Both the position numbers and the translations under genes were made by a program. 64,000 nucleotides of DNA from Paraspadella gotoi. Its lineage: Eukaryota; Animalia; Chaetognatha. This document shows positions 26,701 to 38,731 of the stretch, piece by piece (positions within the stretch are counted from its first letter, which is position 1; every line of letters begins with the position of its first letter). Location of the stretch: assembly GCA_051294375.1 (NCBI GenBank), contig CM119266.1:8518606-8582605 (forward strand). The letters are read 5' to 3'. Below the pieces are notes generated by a model, which saw only the letters and a program-made list of their open reading frames with translations, searched no databases and was not told where the DNA came from.

Positions 26701-29700
26701 AATATTCAACTTTTAATTAATTAAAAATCTTTTAGTATACTAAATTTTAAAATATTTTTATTATATAAAATTCCTGTTTGACCTCATCGTTGGATGTTGA
26801 AACGGGGAGGCCCGGGCTCCTCGATCAACGACCCAAGCGGCGCGGCTACCCTTCGGGCAGGGCGGCAAATATACTCAATGCAAAAAGAGTTCGCCACCTT
26901 CCAATGTCAGGTAAGAGGTGAACGCAAGGCATGCCTCACTCAACGCAATCAAGGCAATCATGGTTCACCCGCAACAAGGGCGAGCTGCGGTAGTCTATGA
27001 ACGCTCATGACTTACAAAGCCAAGGTGCTGTAAAATGCTATCGGACAAGAAACGTAATAAGGCCCTTGACAAGGATCCTACTCTGCTACAGAGGAAAGAT
27101 CCGTCGGTGACAAGCAGTCGTGAATACTGTTCCCCGCAGTATTCACAGAGTCAATCCTGACTCAACGCAGCCGCCTCTTTTCTTTTGGTCAGCCAAAGGT
27201 CCATAGCCCGGTACCGCTTGCGCCCGATCGTATCTGCCCGCAATTCCATTTTTAATGGAATGAACGAGAAGAGTTGGAAGAATTCTAACCTCTCTCGTCG
27301 GAACCAACACACCTTCAGAAGATTCTCTCGATCTACAGAAAATTTGCAACAAATCTCCAAATGCCCGATACTCATCTCTTGGTCTCGTGCGATTTACAGA
27401 GCATGTTCACTAACAGCCCTTCAGGACTGGTTGAGCTATCCGCAGAACGCGCCTGAAGGAACCGGCTATTGCACGAGCGTACCGCCAATCCAATGGATTT
27501 GATATCATGGCACTGTTGCGCTCGACTGAACCTGGCGTACTTCAGTTTGATGACACTATTATGCCCAGCCTTGGTGAGCTTAGGATTGATCAAATCAACC
27601 TCAAGTCCTCTGGCAGATTTTTATATGGAGGACTATTGAGGTGGAAGCTTTGGCTTCTTTTCGATCTCTGCATGGGCAGCATCAGTTCTCTCTGGTATCG
27701 AAAGCAGACGATACCATCCTGCCGTGAGAAGGATCTCGTTGATTACCCTATTGTCCCACCTGAACAGCATTGAAGCAAGCATTTCAAGTGGACTGCGAAA
27801 AAGAGGTGGAATGCGAAAATTTCCAATGCTCGATGTGCTCATACAGCGCAAGAGGGCGGCTCATTGAATTTTCAGTCTACCGCAAAAACCGACCTACGAT
27901 CAATACATTCCCTTTGAATTCGCATGCTCCCTGGTGTCGCACAAGCTCGCCACGGTCAAGTCCCTTACCAGAAAGCCTTCTGTTCCGTCGACCCCGAGCT
28001 TCCAGGCCGCCGAGCTGAGCAATGTCAGAGAGCCTTGGCGCTCAATGGTACTCTGTGATGAGAAGCAAGGTTTCCGCTACCAGGGCTGAAGGCAGTGCCA
28101 CCCAGGGGCTGCCCAAGTAACCGCTGACGCCAAGTTCAACCGTCCGCCCCCCAGGAGGAAGAGCGAGGCCTTGCTGCTGAAGGACGACCGCGCCCACCAC
28201 AGCGCAAGTGGGAGATAAGCAGAAAGCGTCTCAAAGAACGTGGGCCATGTCTCCCTCCCCTGACACCAGGGATTTCACTGAGCCATTGGTGCGGGGGCTA
28301 GCAAGCAGGAATCTCCACCTCAGTGACGGCCCGCGCTCTGTTACTGTGAGCCATTGTTAAAACCAAAAAGACAAAATCCCAACAGAAACTTCAGGACCGT
28401 CTGATTGGGCGGCCTGTGCAGGAAGGATAACCAACCCTAGCACACAGCATACGTGGGCGAGACAGAAAGTCTCTGGCAGAGTCGGTCTTCAAACACACAC
28501 AAAGCCATATCGGACCAACTGGTCATACCTTATCGGCTATTTGCGAGCACACGGCAACTCGTGGCCATTCTGTTTTCAGAGAAACTGACTGTCTCGGCTG
28601 TCCCATGACCAAAACTGGGTTCGACTAGAGGTATAGAGAGGCGATTTACATTCAAAGCCCTCGAGCCCTCTCTGAATCTGATGGAGGACGATTCGACCTC
28701 CCTCAAGCTATGATTGCGTTAATCAGAATGGAAGGATGGAACGCCCGAGTGCCACCCAACCACACGCCGGATTCCCCTGTCCCCACTCAACGGGTCCAGG
28801 CGGAGCCTCCAGCTGGCGGAATGGACGCACGATTAACCTCTCCCAAGCCACAGCAACTCGGTTGTGACTTCTGCACACTGGGCGTCGCCCCAAACGACGG
28901 CTGCAGTGAGGAGAAGAGGAGTCTGTATCTCTGCACCAAAGCAACCAGAACAGCATGTTCATCTACCCGCCTCTCGGTCAGGCGAGAGGAGGTGCTTTCG
29001 CAGGCTTACCAGGACAGAGAGATATTAGAGTGCATTGGCATCTTTCCAGCGGCTCGCTACCAGATCCTGACAATCTCGTTCCATAACAATATGCTCTCAA
29101 CCTATGACAAGTGGTCAATGACCCGATCCAGATCGTCAACGTCCTGCGTTGCCAGGCCGGGGGGGCGGCAGCTCATTTTGAGCTCTTTTCTCTCTCTATT
29201 TTCTCTTCCTCGGTAACTTAGCGATCGCCTAACACATATCTCTTCCACCTATATCAATCTTAAATAGTTTAAATATGTTTAGTTTAATCCTTAAATTTGT
29301 TATAATCCTAAATCTGTTTTATTTATTTATTTGTTATACATTAAAAAATTGAACTTTTCTCTCCCTCTGTCTCTCTCAATAATTTCACCATTCATTTTTC
29401 AAGCCACTTTCCTCTTCTTCTCTCCCCTTACCTTCACCTGTCCTCAAATCTGCCACTGTCCTTTTCACTCGTGTTTGGAAGCTTTATATTTTTTTCTCCT
29501 TTTCTCTCTTCTCTCTCTCTCTCTCCGTCTGCTCTCTCCCTCAAACGTCAATGTTAGAGAGAAAACTGTTAATGAAACAACGCTGAATGAAGGCTTAAGA
29601 GGCCAAGAGCCGAAACATGTCCCCATTGTGAATAAAAAAATCGTTGTTACAAACAAACAAAACTTGTTTTTCTCTAAAATATTTTTATAAAAATTATATA

Positions 29701-31100
29701 CCTAAAGTTCTAAGAAGATGCTTTTCCCAAAATGTCTCTTAGATCTTTCTTAAAACGCCAAACAAGTCACAGCCACAAAATGAATACAAAAACTAGAAAA
29801 AGCAATATTGTTTTGTCATTCTGATTTAGAGATATTTGGTGATTGTTATGCCTTAAATTTCCTTTAAATGAAAAAATAATAGGTTTAAAAGATAGCTCTT
29901 GATCTCTAGTTGTAAATTGAGTTTGAATATAACTTTTTTTAATCACAAGTTTTAACCCAGATTAATTACAATGACGATGGATGAAATTTTGTCACCGTTT
30001 TAAGCTACTTTAGCCTGATTTTTTACATATTTTGATTATCTTTGCGATCTTACTGATTAAAAACAGTCATGGTAAAAAAAGCCTATGTCTTTCGAATATA
30101 AGGGTATGTTAGTAATCAGACAGAGTAAAATTTGGTCACAAGATAAAGAATTTGCATGAGAAGAGCGATGAATAAAATTTTCCACGAGACTGTGCACCGC
30201 GACATAACGTGATCTGTATCAAAGGAAAAGGAAAATTAACGTGTAACGATAATCAATTAAAATATAAACCATTGTTTTATTAAACAAGTAACGGTTATTC
30301 AAAGGTGTTGCGTCGCATTACTTTTCTTTTTACTTAACATGTCATTTATTCCTTATAGTCAATAAGATTTCTTTAAAAACAAAATGCGGCGCCAGTAGTC
30401 GCTTAGATTTGATTTTTAACAAATAAGCAACAAACTATAGGCAAGTTATAAATGTTTGTAACGTAAGTGGGACAGACCGACCGACGGACCGACCGACCGA
30501 CCGACGGACCGACCGACGTACCCACCGACCGAAAAGTGTCTTATAGAGTTGCTTTGCGAGCACTCGCGGCGCAACTAAGAAGTTACAAATAAGAAATATT
30601 GACTTGTTACAGGGATCCTTCAAAAATTTGAATCCAACGTAAAAATATATTGATCTATCAATCAGTCAACGAATCAATTAATTAATTAATAAATCAATCG
30701 ATCAATCAATCAAACCTTCCCCCCTCTCCAGATCCAATCAACCGCCTTCTCTACATCGGCGAGTGGGAATCTCGTTCCATCAAAATCTTTTCTCTCGACG
30801 ATGGAGAATATCTCAAAGAGATCGTCCCTCAAGGAGTCGTTCACGGAATCGCCGCTACTACAGGTCCCTTCCACGGTTCCACCTTTCCCTTTTCTTCTTT
30901 TCCTTTTGTTTTTTTCCTTTTTTTCCCTTTTGTTCTTCTTCTGTTTTTTTTGTTTTTTTTTAGAGGATTCCTTCTGTTTCGTTTTGTTATATAATATATG
31001 AATTTTGGTTTTTCGGGCCTTATTTCATTTGTTAAAAATTGCAAGATTACGTGGATTCGATATCGGCGTCTTACTTTGCCCCGTTTCTCGAGAGAAAGAG

Positions 31101-31182
<82 letters not shown>

Positions 31183-32849
31183 GGGGCAGTTGCCTCCGAC
31201 GTCGTACGGTTTCAGTACCCTTTGTTTATGACCCTTTGTTTATATATAATAAGACTTTGTTATGATTTATGGACTTGATTATGGACTGTTTTTAACCTCG
31301 AATATGTAATAAACAATCTACATTTGAAACCACGATCGTCGCCATCTTGAAAGTCGGGCAGAAAGTCGAGGCAGCTCAAACAATTATATTTAATGATTAT
31401 TTAATTTATTTCATATTTAATAATGTAATGGGGATAGTGATGCTAGTGTTGTCTTCTGGAAATAGAGAAAGCATATTTACAACACAAGGTTGAGAATTAC
31501 TTTCTGTCCTAGTTTTCTATTTTCGTTATTTCATTTATAATATGCACTTATGTATATGTATTAATTATTCTCTCATTTAATATCTTTTAGTCTCTACGTT
31601 TCTCTCAATCTCGGGGAAGTTGGCAGGGGGAAGATTGTCCGTCTATCTGTCAGTAGTATAACCATCTTTTCATTCAATTTTCCGTTTGTCAGATGTTTTT
31701 CGCTGAGTAAAATTTAATTTTCGATAATACGTATAGTAGAATTATCTAATAACTTACGTTCCTTTTTAAAAATCTCTTTCCCGTTTTTTTTTTCTATTCA
31801 TTAATTAAATTAAACTTAACCGCTTTTTTTCTCATCATCTTCCTAGATTGAGATTAACCTCTTCAATGAAGATTCTTCATCTTCCTTTTATTTTTCGTCT
31901 CCTCTCATTCCTTTCCTCCCTTCGCTTCAATCTATTTTTTCTCCTCCGATTTTATATCTCCGTTTTTTTGTTCTTTTCTTCCCTTCATTTTCTTTTTTAG
32001 TTGCGCCGCGAGTACTCGGTCCGTCCGTCGGTCGGTCTGTATGTCTGTCCTTCGGTCTGTCCCACTTACTTTAAAAATGCTCATAACTCGCCTATAGTCG
32101 GTTGCTCATTTGTTAAGACAGGAAAAAACATCAAATCCAAGTGACTGCTAGCGCCGCCTTTAGGAAATCCTAAAACTATAAGGAATAAAAGACAAATTGC
32201 GATGCACGGGCTAAGAAAGTCACTGCGACGCAACACATTGGATGAAACGATCTTGTTTTTTAATCTTTTTTCTCTATTTTTCAAATTCCTCCTCTTTTCT
32301 TGGAAGTTCTTGTTTATTTACATCTTTTTCTTTCCTTTATTTTCTCAATCCTTAATTGTCTTTCTCTCCATTTCTTTTCTTTTCTTTTTCTTTCCTTCTC
32401 TTTCTTTTTCTTTCCTCCCTTTTCTTTTTCCTTCCTCCATCAAATCCGTAGGGAATCGTAAATTCTCTCCTCAGACTCTGAATTCATTCGTCTTCTATTC
32501 ATTGATTCTCTCGCTCCTAGGATCGTTCATCGTTAATTATTAACGCGGAATTATCTGTCCTTAATAAATGATGGGAGATATAATCCCTTATAAAGTAAAG
32601 TAATGTTTAAGTGATCAGCATAGGATTTAAGTCTTGCCGTAGTCGTTACCAAGGCTAATAAACAATTACTATTAATAAATAAAAATATATTTATAAAAAT
32701 AACCCCGTTTTATATATATCATCTCTTCCACCAGAAAAAAAGGATGAATATTCTCTCTACTCTTTTTTTCTCCTCTTTTTCTCTTCCTTTAACCGACGTC
32801 TTGAATCTTAGTAATTAAACTTATTTGACGATGACAGATCACTTGGGGG

Positions 32850-32881
<32 letters not shown>

Positions 32882-32906
32882 TCTCTCTCTCTCTCTCTCT
32901 CTCTTC

Positions 32907-32946
<40 letters not shown>

Positions 32947-33536
32947 ATCATTCAAAAGGAAAATTGGCATAACTTCTGATCTCCAAAAAGGAAACTCTTC
33001 TTTTTTCCTTTTTCCTCCAATATTGCCTTTTTCTTCCAATAACTTTCTCTATTTTTTGTAGTTTTTTTATTCTTATTACTAGGTACTTTGCTTATATTTT
33101 GACTATATTTATTAATTTATTAGATTTTTATCCTCATTTTCTATGGGCTTTTTTTCCCTTCCTTAACATTTTATATTGAGGATCATAAAATCACAAGCGC
33201 AAAGTTTTTAGATTTTTCCCAAGAACATTTATCATCTTCACTTCTGTGTCTTTTACAAATCTTCGTTAAAAATATAATAATAAAATAAAATAAAATGAAA
33301 ATAATTAACGCACAAGTTTTATTACACTGAATTAAGATACTAAAACGTGATCACCCCTTTTCAAAATTATGAATGAATGAATGAATGAATGAATGAATAA
33401 ATGAATGAATGAATGAATGAATGAATGAATGAATGAATGAATGAATATAAATCAATTTATTTAAGAACAAACGAATAAATGTTCATCTATTTAAAACTCA
33501 TTCTTTTTGAGTTGAATTTTTTAAATTAGTATTTCC

Positions 33537-33607
<71 letters not shown>

Positions 33608-33804
33608 TATCTCTCTATCTCTCTATCTCTCTCTCTCACTCTCTCTCTCCCCCCTTTTTATTTCATTTTAAATTTCAAAATCATTGTTTTCTCTCTTTCC
33701 TTCCAAGCTGCTTGTCTATTCGTTTTTGTCCGAAGAAAAAAACCGGAATAAATTTTCCGACTGAATTTAGTTTCGACTCAGATGCTCAATCAACTCACCC
33801 TGCG

Positions 33805-33886
<82 letters not shown>

Positions 33887-34045
33887 ATCTTTCTCTCCTC
33901 CCTTCTCCCTTCTTCCTTCTAACCCTATTCTCCTTTGTCTCTCATCTCTCCCCTCAAATCTTTTCCTTGTCTTCTCTTTTTCTCCCTCTTTCTCTCTCCC
34001 CCAATCTCTCTCTCTCTTTCTTCTCTCTCTCTCTCTCTCTCTCTC

Positions 34046-34081
<36 letters not shown>

Positions 34082-34204
34082 AATCTTTCTCTCTCACTCC
34101 CCCCCTTCTCCCTTCTACTTTCTAACCCTATTCTCCTTTGTCTCTCATTCTCTCCTCAAATCTTTTCCTTGTCTCTCTTTTTCTTCCCTCTCTCTCTCTC
34201 CCCC

Positions 34205-34238
<34 letters not shown>

Positions 34239-35385
34239 CTCTCTCTCCCCCTCCCTATCCTCCCTCCTCCCTCCCTCCCTCGCTCCCTCTATCCCCTCCC
34301 TTCTTTCCCCATAACAGAAGCCCTATACTCGCCGTGGTGGAGCCGTTCACAGAATCGCGTTGCTGCGGCCTTCACCACAGAGTCATGGAGACATGCAACA
34401 TTCACGTGATTCCAGTCGACGGGAAATCGGAGGAACGAAGTTTCCGACATCAAACCGTCGCTCAGGCGCCGCAGTTTTGGTTGGGACTTACCTCGGAAGG
34501 TAAGGAAGGCTATTGTTGTCGTTGTCGTTGTGGTCGTAGTTATAATTGCGACTCTCTCTTACAAAAGCGACCCATTAAAATTTAAAAGTTCCTTAATCCC
34601 GGAACTTATTCTCTAACTTTATTTTTAATCTTAATATTAAACCTTCATCTTTTACTATAGCCATGACCCTGACCCTTACCCTAGCCTAATCCTTAACTCT
34701 AACCTTAAACCCTAAACCTTAATGCCTAATCTTAAACCCTAATCCCTAACATAACCTCTTACCTAAAAACTAATTTAAAGACAAATTTAAGAAGAGATGG
34801 AGCGCTCTGCCTTTGGGGAGAATAAGTCCAATGTGGTCTATGTGTCCAATGGACATTGTGTCCCAGTAGAAGCTTTTGTTTCGGTGCATTTCTTGCGGAT
34901 GTTCAATGTGGTTGTTTTTTCTTTCTTTCCTAATCTATTGTCTCTTCGGATACGTCTCTCTTTTCTTTTCGTTGTTTCGTCTTTGTTTTGTTTGTTTTTC
35001 TTCGTTTTATCGCCGATCAGCCGAGATTCCCTTTTTTTTATCACAAACTATTTTATTTTCCTTGGATTTAGTTTTTTCCTAATTTTTTTTTCTCGCTCTT
35101 TGTTTTTGTCAGATTGTTTTCTCTTCCTTTAAATCTATACTTTACAATTTTTTTCCAGTTTCTTTCATTCTGTTTTTTTGGGGTTTTTCTTTATTTTTTT
35201 TGGTTTCTCCTTAATTTTTATTTGTTTGTTTTAGCTTTCCTATAATTGGTTTTCTGTTTGTTGTTGTTTTTTTAGGTTTTTTTTATATCTCTTTTCTTTC
35301 TTTGGCAATTTTGGTTGTGGATGTCCAAAAAAGCGGAATCGCCAAGGAATATTTATGAGTCTCATTTCTAAGTCAAAACAATAAA

Positions 35386-35429
<44 letters not shown>

Positions 35430-38400
35430 GATGACGAATTAAACGTTTCTAGAATCAACCATAGAATAACGACGACAACGATTTTAAATTCTATTCAATA
35501 AAATACAATCAGATTACGACGCCCATACGATAAGATTACGACGCCCATAGGTAAAACAGTTTTTCCCCTGACTGATTGTACCGATTTCTCAATTGGATGT
35601 ATCAATTTCATAACACAGAATCAAAGTAATTTTTTTGCCTCATTTACTTATTTATTGATTTATTTATTGATTGATTAATTCCTTGATTGATTGTTCCAAT
35701 TTCTTACATCTTAGTATCACATGGTTTATTAGGTTGATTTTGTATTTATGGATTTAAGCATTTAATTTTTGATATATCTATTCTTCGATTAAATGCACCA
35801 GCTTCAAATATCACAGAATCCCAGTATTTATGAGCTTGATTTATTCAATATTTTAAGTCTTTATTCATTGTTTATTTATTGTTTGTTAAGTTGAACCGGT
35901 TCCAGATATTATTTTCACTTTGATTTCCTTCTTTCAGGAAACGTGATCGTCTCTGACAGACGAAATCGCTCAGTGACCATCTACGACCCAGACGGATCTC
36001 TTCTCTGGTCAATCGCCGGGGGACTTCATTGCCCAGATCTCAAGGGAAGGGATTTATATAGTATAATTTAACTGTTTAATAAGTAACAAAGTTACAGTGT
36101 CGGAGGATCACGTATCTTTTCTTACTAGGCGAATAATCAATGAATATGGAATAAGCTTTTTTAATCAACTTTTGTCATCAATTGAAAAAAGTTCCGGCTC
36201 CATCATTATATATTATTATTTACTTTATTTCAATTCCTTCTCGCAGTTACATTGGTAATTAATATTAAAAAGAAATTATAATATGAAATTTGCAAAATTA
36301 CTTGTTTCACTATCTTTATTTTTTTTTAGACTTAAAATAACTATTATTTATGATTTTATTTATTTGTTAAAATATTTTGGTGTTAAATATTTGAATATAA
36401 TTTTATTTATCTGTTTGGGATACTTATAATATATGTAACCAGAAATATACGTAATTTCAAGTTTTAACGGCTGCAATCAAATGATAATTATTGTTCGAAA
36501 TACGTAAGCCATTCCTAATTAACTAATGACTGTAAATAGTTCTATAAATAACTTTCGCTCCTCATTTCCCGGAAATGTGCAGGAGCCTCGAATGGTTTGC
36601 GCGGGAAAAAACGACGACATTCTCGTCATAGATCGAGTCATCAGCGCCGTGAAAATCTTCGACAAAAACGGAAAGTTCAAGCGGACGATCGGATCCAGAG
36701 GTGAGTTAGGAATATTGGGATGGCGAAGTATGTTTTACAACTGAAGACCGCGAGGTAAGGGTTCACGCTTCATGGTTTCCAGTCTGGAGGTGAGTTTTTG
36801 GGTTCGGGTCCGTGAATTAAAAAACGAAAATGTTGACTTTTTTGACATATTCGTCGAGATATATTGGGTGTTTTCTTTCTCTTTCGTCGCGTTTTGAGAT
36901 TTGAAAAGTTTTAAATGAATATTCATTGTATATCCAGGTATTAAAAATTGTAATTTGTTACTAATTTTCAAGACGAACGGCGCCCTAAAACTAAATTCTA
37001 TTACGTGAGCGGCGTTTAAAGTCTTTCAGATTTGATTCCCTGTCCCTAGGTCAGGCGGCCGGACTCTTTGGTCGACCCGACGGAGTCTTTGTCGATCATC
37101 AACTTCACATCCTCGTCAGTGACAACGAGAAGAATCAAGTTCAGGTCTACAACTATGAAGGACCTCTCATCTCTACTATAAAGGTGAGTCACTTCGATGT
37201 CAGGTCTACAACTTTGAAGGACCTCTCATCTATACTATTAATATGGGTCGTTTCGATGTCCAGTCTACAACCATCAAAGACCTCTCATCTCTACTATAAA
37301 GGTGAGTCGTTTTGATGTCCGATCTACAACCATCAAGGGCCTCTCATCTCTACTAAAAAGGTGAGTTGTTTCAATGTCCGGTCTACAACCATCAAAGACC
37401 ACTCATCTCTAATATAAAGGTGAGTCGTTTCGATGTCTGGTCTACAACCATCAAGGACCTCTCATCTCTACTTTAAAGGTGAGTTGATTCTATATCCTGT
37501 CTAGACCTACAAAGGATTACATCTCCATTGAGTTGTCCTTGTAATCTGGCAAGCTTACGATGTCATTATTCAGTAACATAAATGAGGGTCAAAACCTGCC
37601 GTAGCCCGCTCAACGTCTGCAAGCAAGATACAAGATGCATACTTAAAGTTAAGTTAAACGCCAGTGAAGAAGCAGTAATAATTGTTATGAGTTAGTGACA
37701 GAACTGTTCAATATAAGCAGTCCCTGAGCTTCGGATCAGGCTGTAACACCGTGTTACAGGCGGGTTAAACGCCCCGTCCCTCTTAACTGCTAGGCGACCA
37801 TCGGGCTAAAACCCCGAACCTTTGGGTTGGGAGGCACCAATGGCCGCTGATGAACCGGTTGGTGGATTTTAGTCCACTATACTAGTTTATTTTTTGAATG
37901 AAGGGAAAATAAAATAAATACTGTAAATAATGAATAAAAATATAAATTGATAATATAAATAAAAATGTAACAAAACAATAATAAATTGGCAAACGGGCCC
38001 GTTTTCCCTTCCCAAGGGCGAGTCGGGCCTTACCGATCCTACGGGCATCGTCACTGACAACTCTGGTCACGTCTACATTTGCTTTCCTCAACAAGAATGC
38101 GTCAAAAAGTATCACTACACTAACGCCGCTCCACCAGAGACGCCGACGATGGGCATTGGATCTGGGGGAAGAGGAGTTGGCAGCGGAATGAGGTAATTTG
38201 AGTATTGGAGTATTTAACGAGTGTAGTATTAAAGTATTTAACGCTAATCTCTTACCAAATACTTAAAAAAAAATGCTAATCACTTTTTCTTAATCCAAAT
38301 CCTTTAGCTAATCCCTTAACCTTAATCCCTAACCATTATCTTTAAGCAGATCCCTTACCCGTAACCATTAACTTACTTAATACTGAATTTAAGCTAAAAA

Positions 38401-38731
38401 AAAGGACACTTTAAGTAAATATAGCCCTTTTTTGTGTCATTTCAAAAACAAACAAAAAACAAACTCCGAGCTAAAATTTTACGTACATTGTTCAAAACGC
38501 GCTGATGAAGGTTCGAATTAAGAGCCGAAACATGTCCTATTAATAAAACCTTTTATCAAACAACTTCACAAAATAACGAAAACGAAAGGAATCTTTACAT
38601 ACAATTTGTTCAAATTGAAATTTTCTCTCAGAACCTCCTCTCCCAACGGCGCCAATTACTACGGCGCCAATCCCGGATTCGGCACCGGAATCACCGTCGG
38701 CGGCGCGGATCGGTCGCGGGGTCCCATCTGA
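22335..38731 (+). CDS. NHL-repeat (beta-propeller) protein; 5' end lost in or before the gap
   Basis: Exons 22335-22411, 30732-30863, 34318-34499, 35938-36044, 36583-36700, 37050-37183, 38017-38192, 38632-38731. They encode NHL blades, e.g. PQNLAIDPINRLLYIGEWESRSIKIF, GNVIVSDRRNRSVTIYDPDG, FGRPDGVFVDHQLHILVSDNEKNQVQVY, LTDPTGIVTDNSGHVYI. One phase mismatch (30863/34318) and one non-GT donor (36045) remain unresolved. Confidence 0.85.
22594..22690 (-). mobile_element. Internally deleted relative of the family A tRNA-twister element
   Basis: Minus strand GCCGAAGGCAAGTCATT..CCCAAAGGTTCTGGGTTCGATCCC (perfect B-box) joined to GCTCGGGGACTGC, which is only the 3' end of the ribozyme. Confidence 0.6.
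26770..29700 (+). mobile_element. Penelope-like retroelement (RT + GIY-YIG), heavily frameshifted, with 3' pseudo-LTR; lies in an NHL gene intron
   Basis: Fragments resembling P(A)DKGRAAVV, LDKDPT, LRPIVS, WYRK(A)DDT, YVGET and REAIYI..LEPSLN.DGG; hammerhead remnant downstream; homologous to 40698-42470. Confidence 0.9.
29581..29624 (+). ncRNA. Degenerate minimal type I hammerhead ribozyme (PLE-associated)
   Basis: CTGAATGA (one extra A) A GGCTT...GAGCC GAAAC AT GTC; same position relative to the PLE body as the 42390 copy. Confidence 0.6.
30180..30580 (+). mobile_element. Dispersed non-autonomous repeat with (GACC/GACG)n microsatellite, possibly Helentron-associated (HINE/DINE-like)
   Basis: Copies at 31997-32250 (inverted) and 51562-51953, partial at ~16200-16410. 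Ends in hairpin-forming AGTTGC...GCAACT. Class assignment is inference. Confidence 0.55.
31997..32250 (-). mobile_element. Inverted copy of the 30180 repeat
   Basis: tagttgcgccgcgagtactcg...gtctgtcccactta...gcgacgcaacac is the reverse complement of parts of 30305-30580. Confidence 0.6.
37140..37500 (+). repeat. 59-bp tandem repeat x6 comprising the exon 3' end plus the splice donor
   Basis: Unit GTCTACAAC....AAGGACCTCTCATCTCTACTATAAAGGTGAGT..TTCGATGTC. Confidence 0.9.
37667..37881 (-). mobile_element. Family A tRNA-twister element (18-bp deletion in head)
   Basis: Aligns with 6209-6426 and 63282-63514. Confidence 0.8.
37717..37790 (-). ncRNA. Twister ribozyme, type P5 (family A)
   Basis: GCAGTT AA GAGG GA CGG GGCGTT TAA CCC GC CTGTAACAC-G-GTGTTACAG CCTGA TCCGAAGC TCAGG GACTGC. 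Confidence 0.85.
38498..38540 (+). ncRNA. Minimal type I hammerhead ribozyme in a solo PLE pseudo-LTR remnant
   Basis: CTGATGA A GGTTC-gaattaa-GAGCC GAAAC AT GTC followed by AATAAA; stem I is weak. Confidence 0.65.

Noticed and set aside
37140-37500. Regular repeat array resembling CRISPR
   Set aside because: No unique spacers, no cas genes, eukaryotic intron; it is a plain tandem repeat.
37845-37880. CTGATGAA in family A elements as a hammerhead core
   Set aside because: No stem II-GAAA-stem III follows; it is the antisense of the leader.
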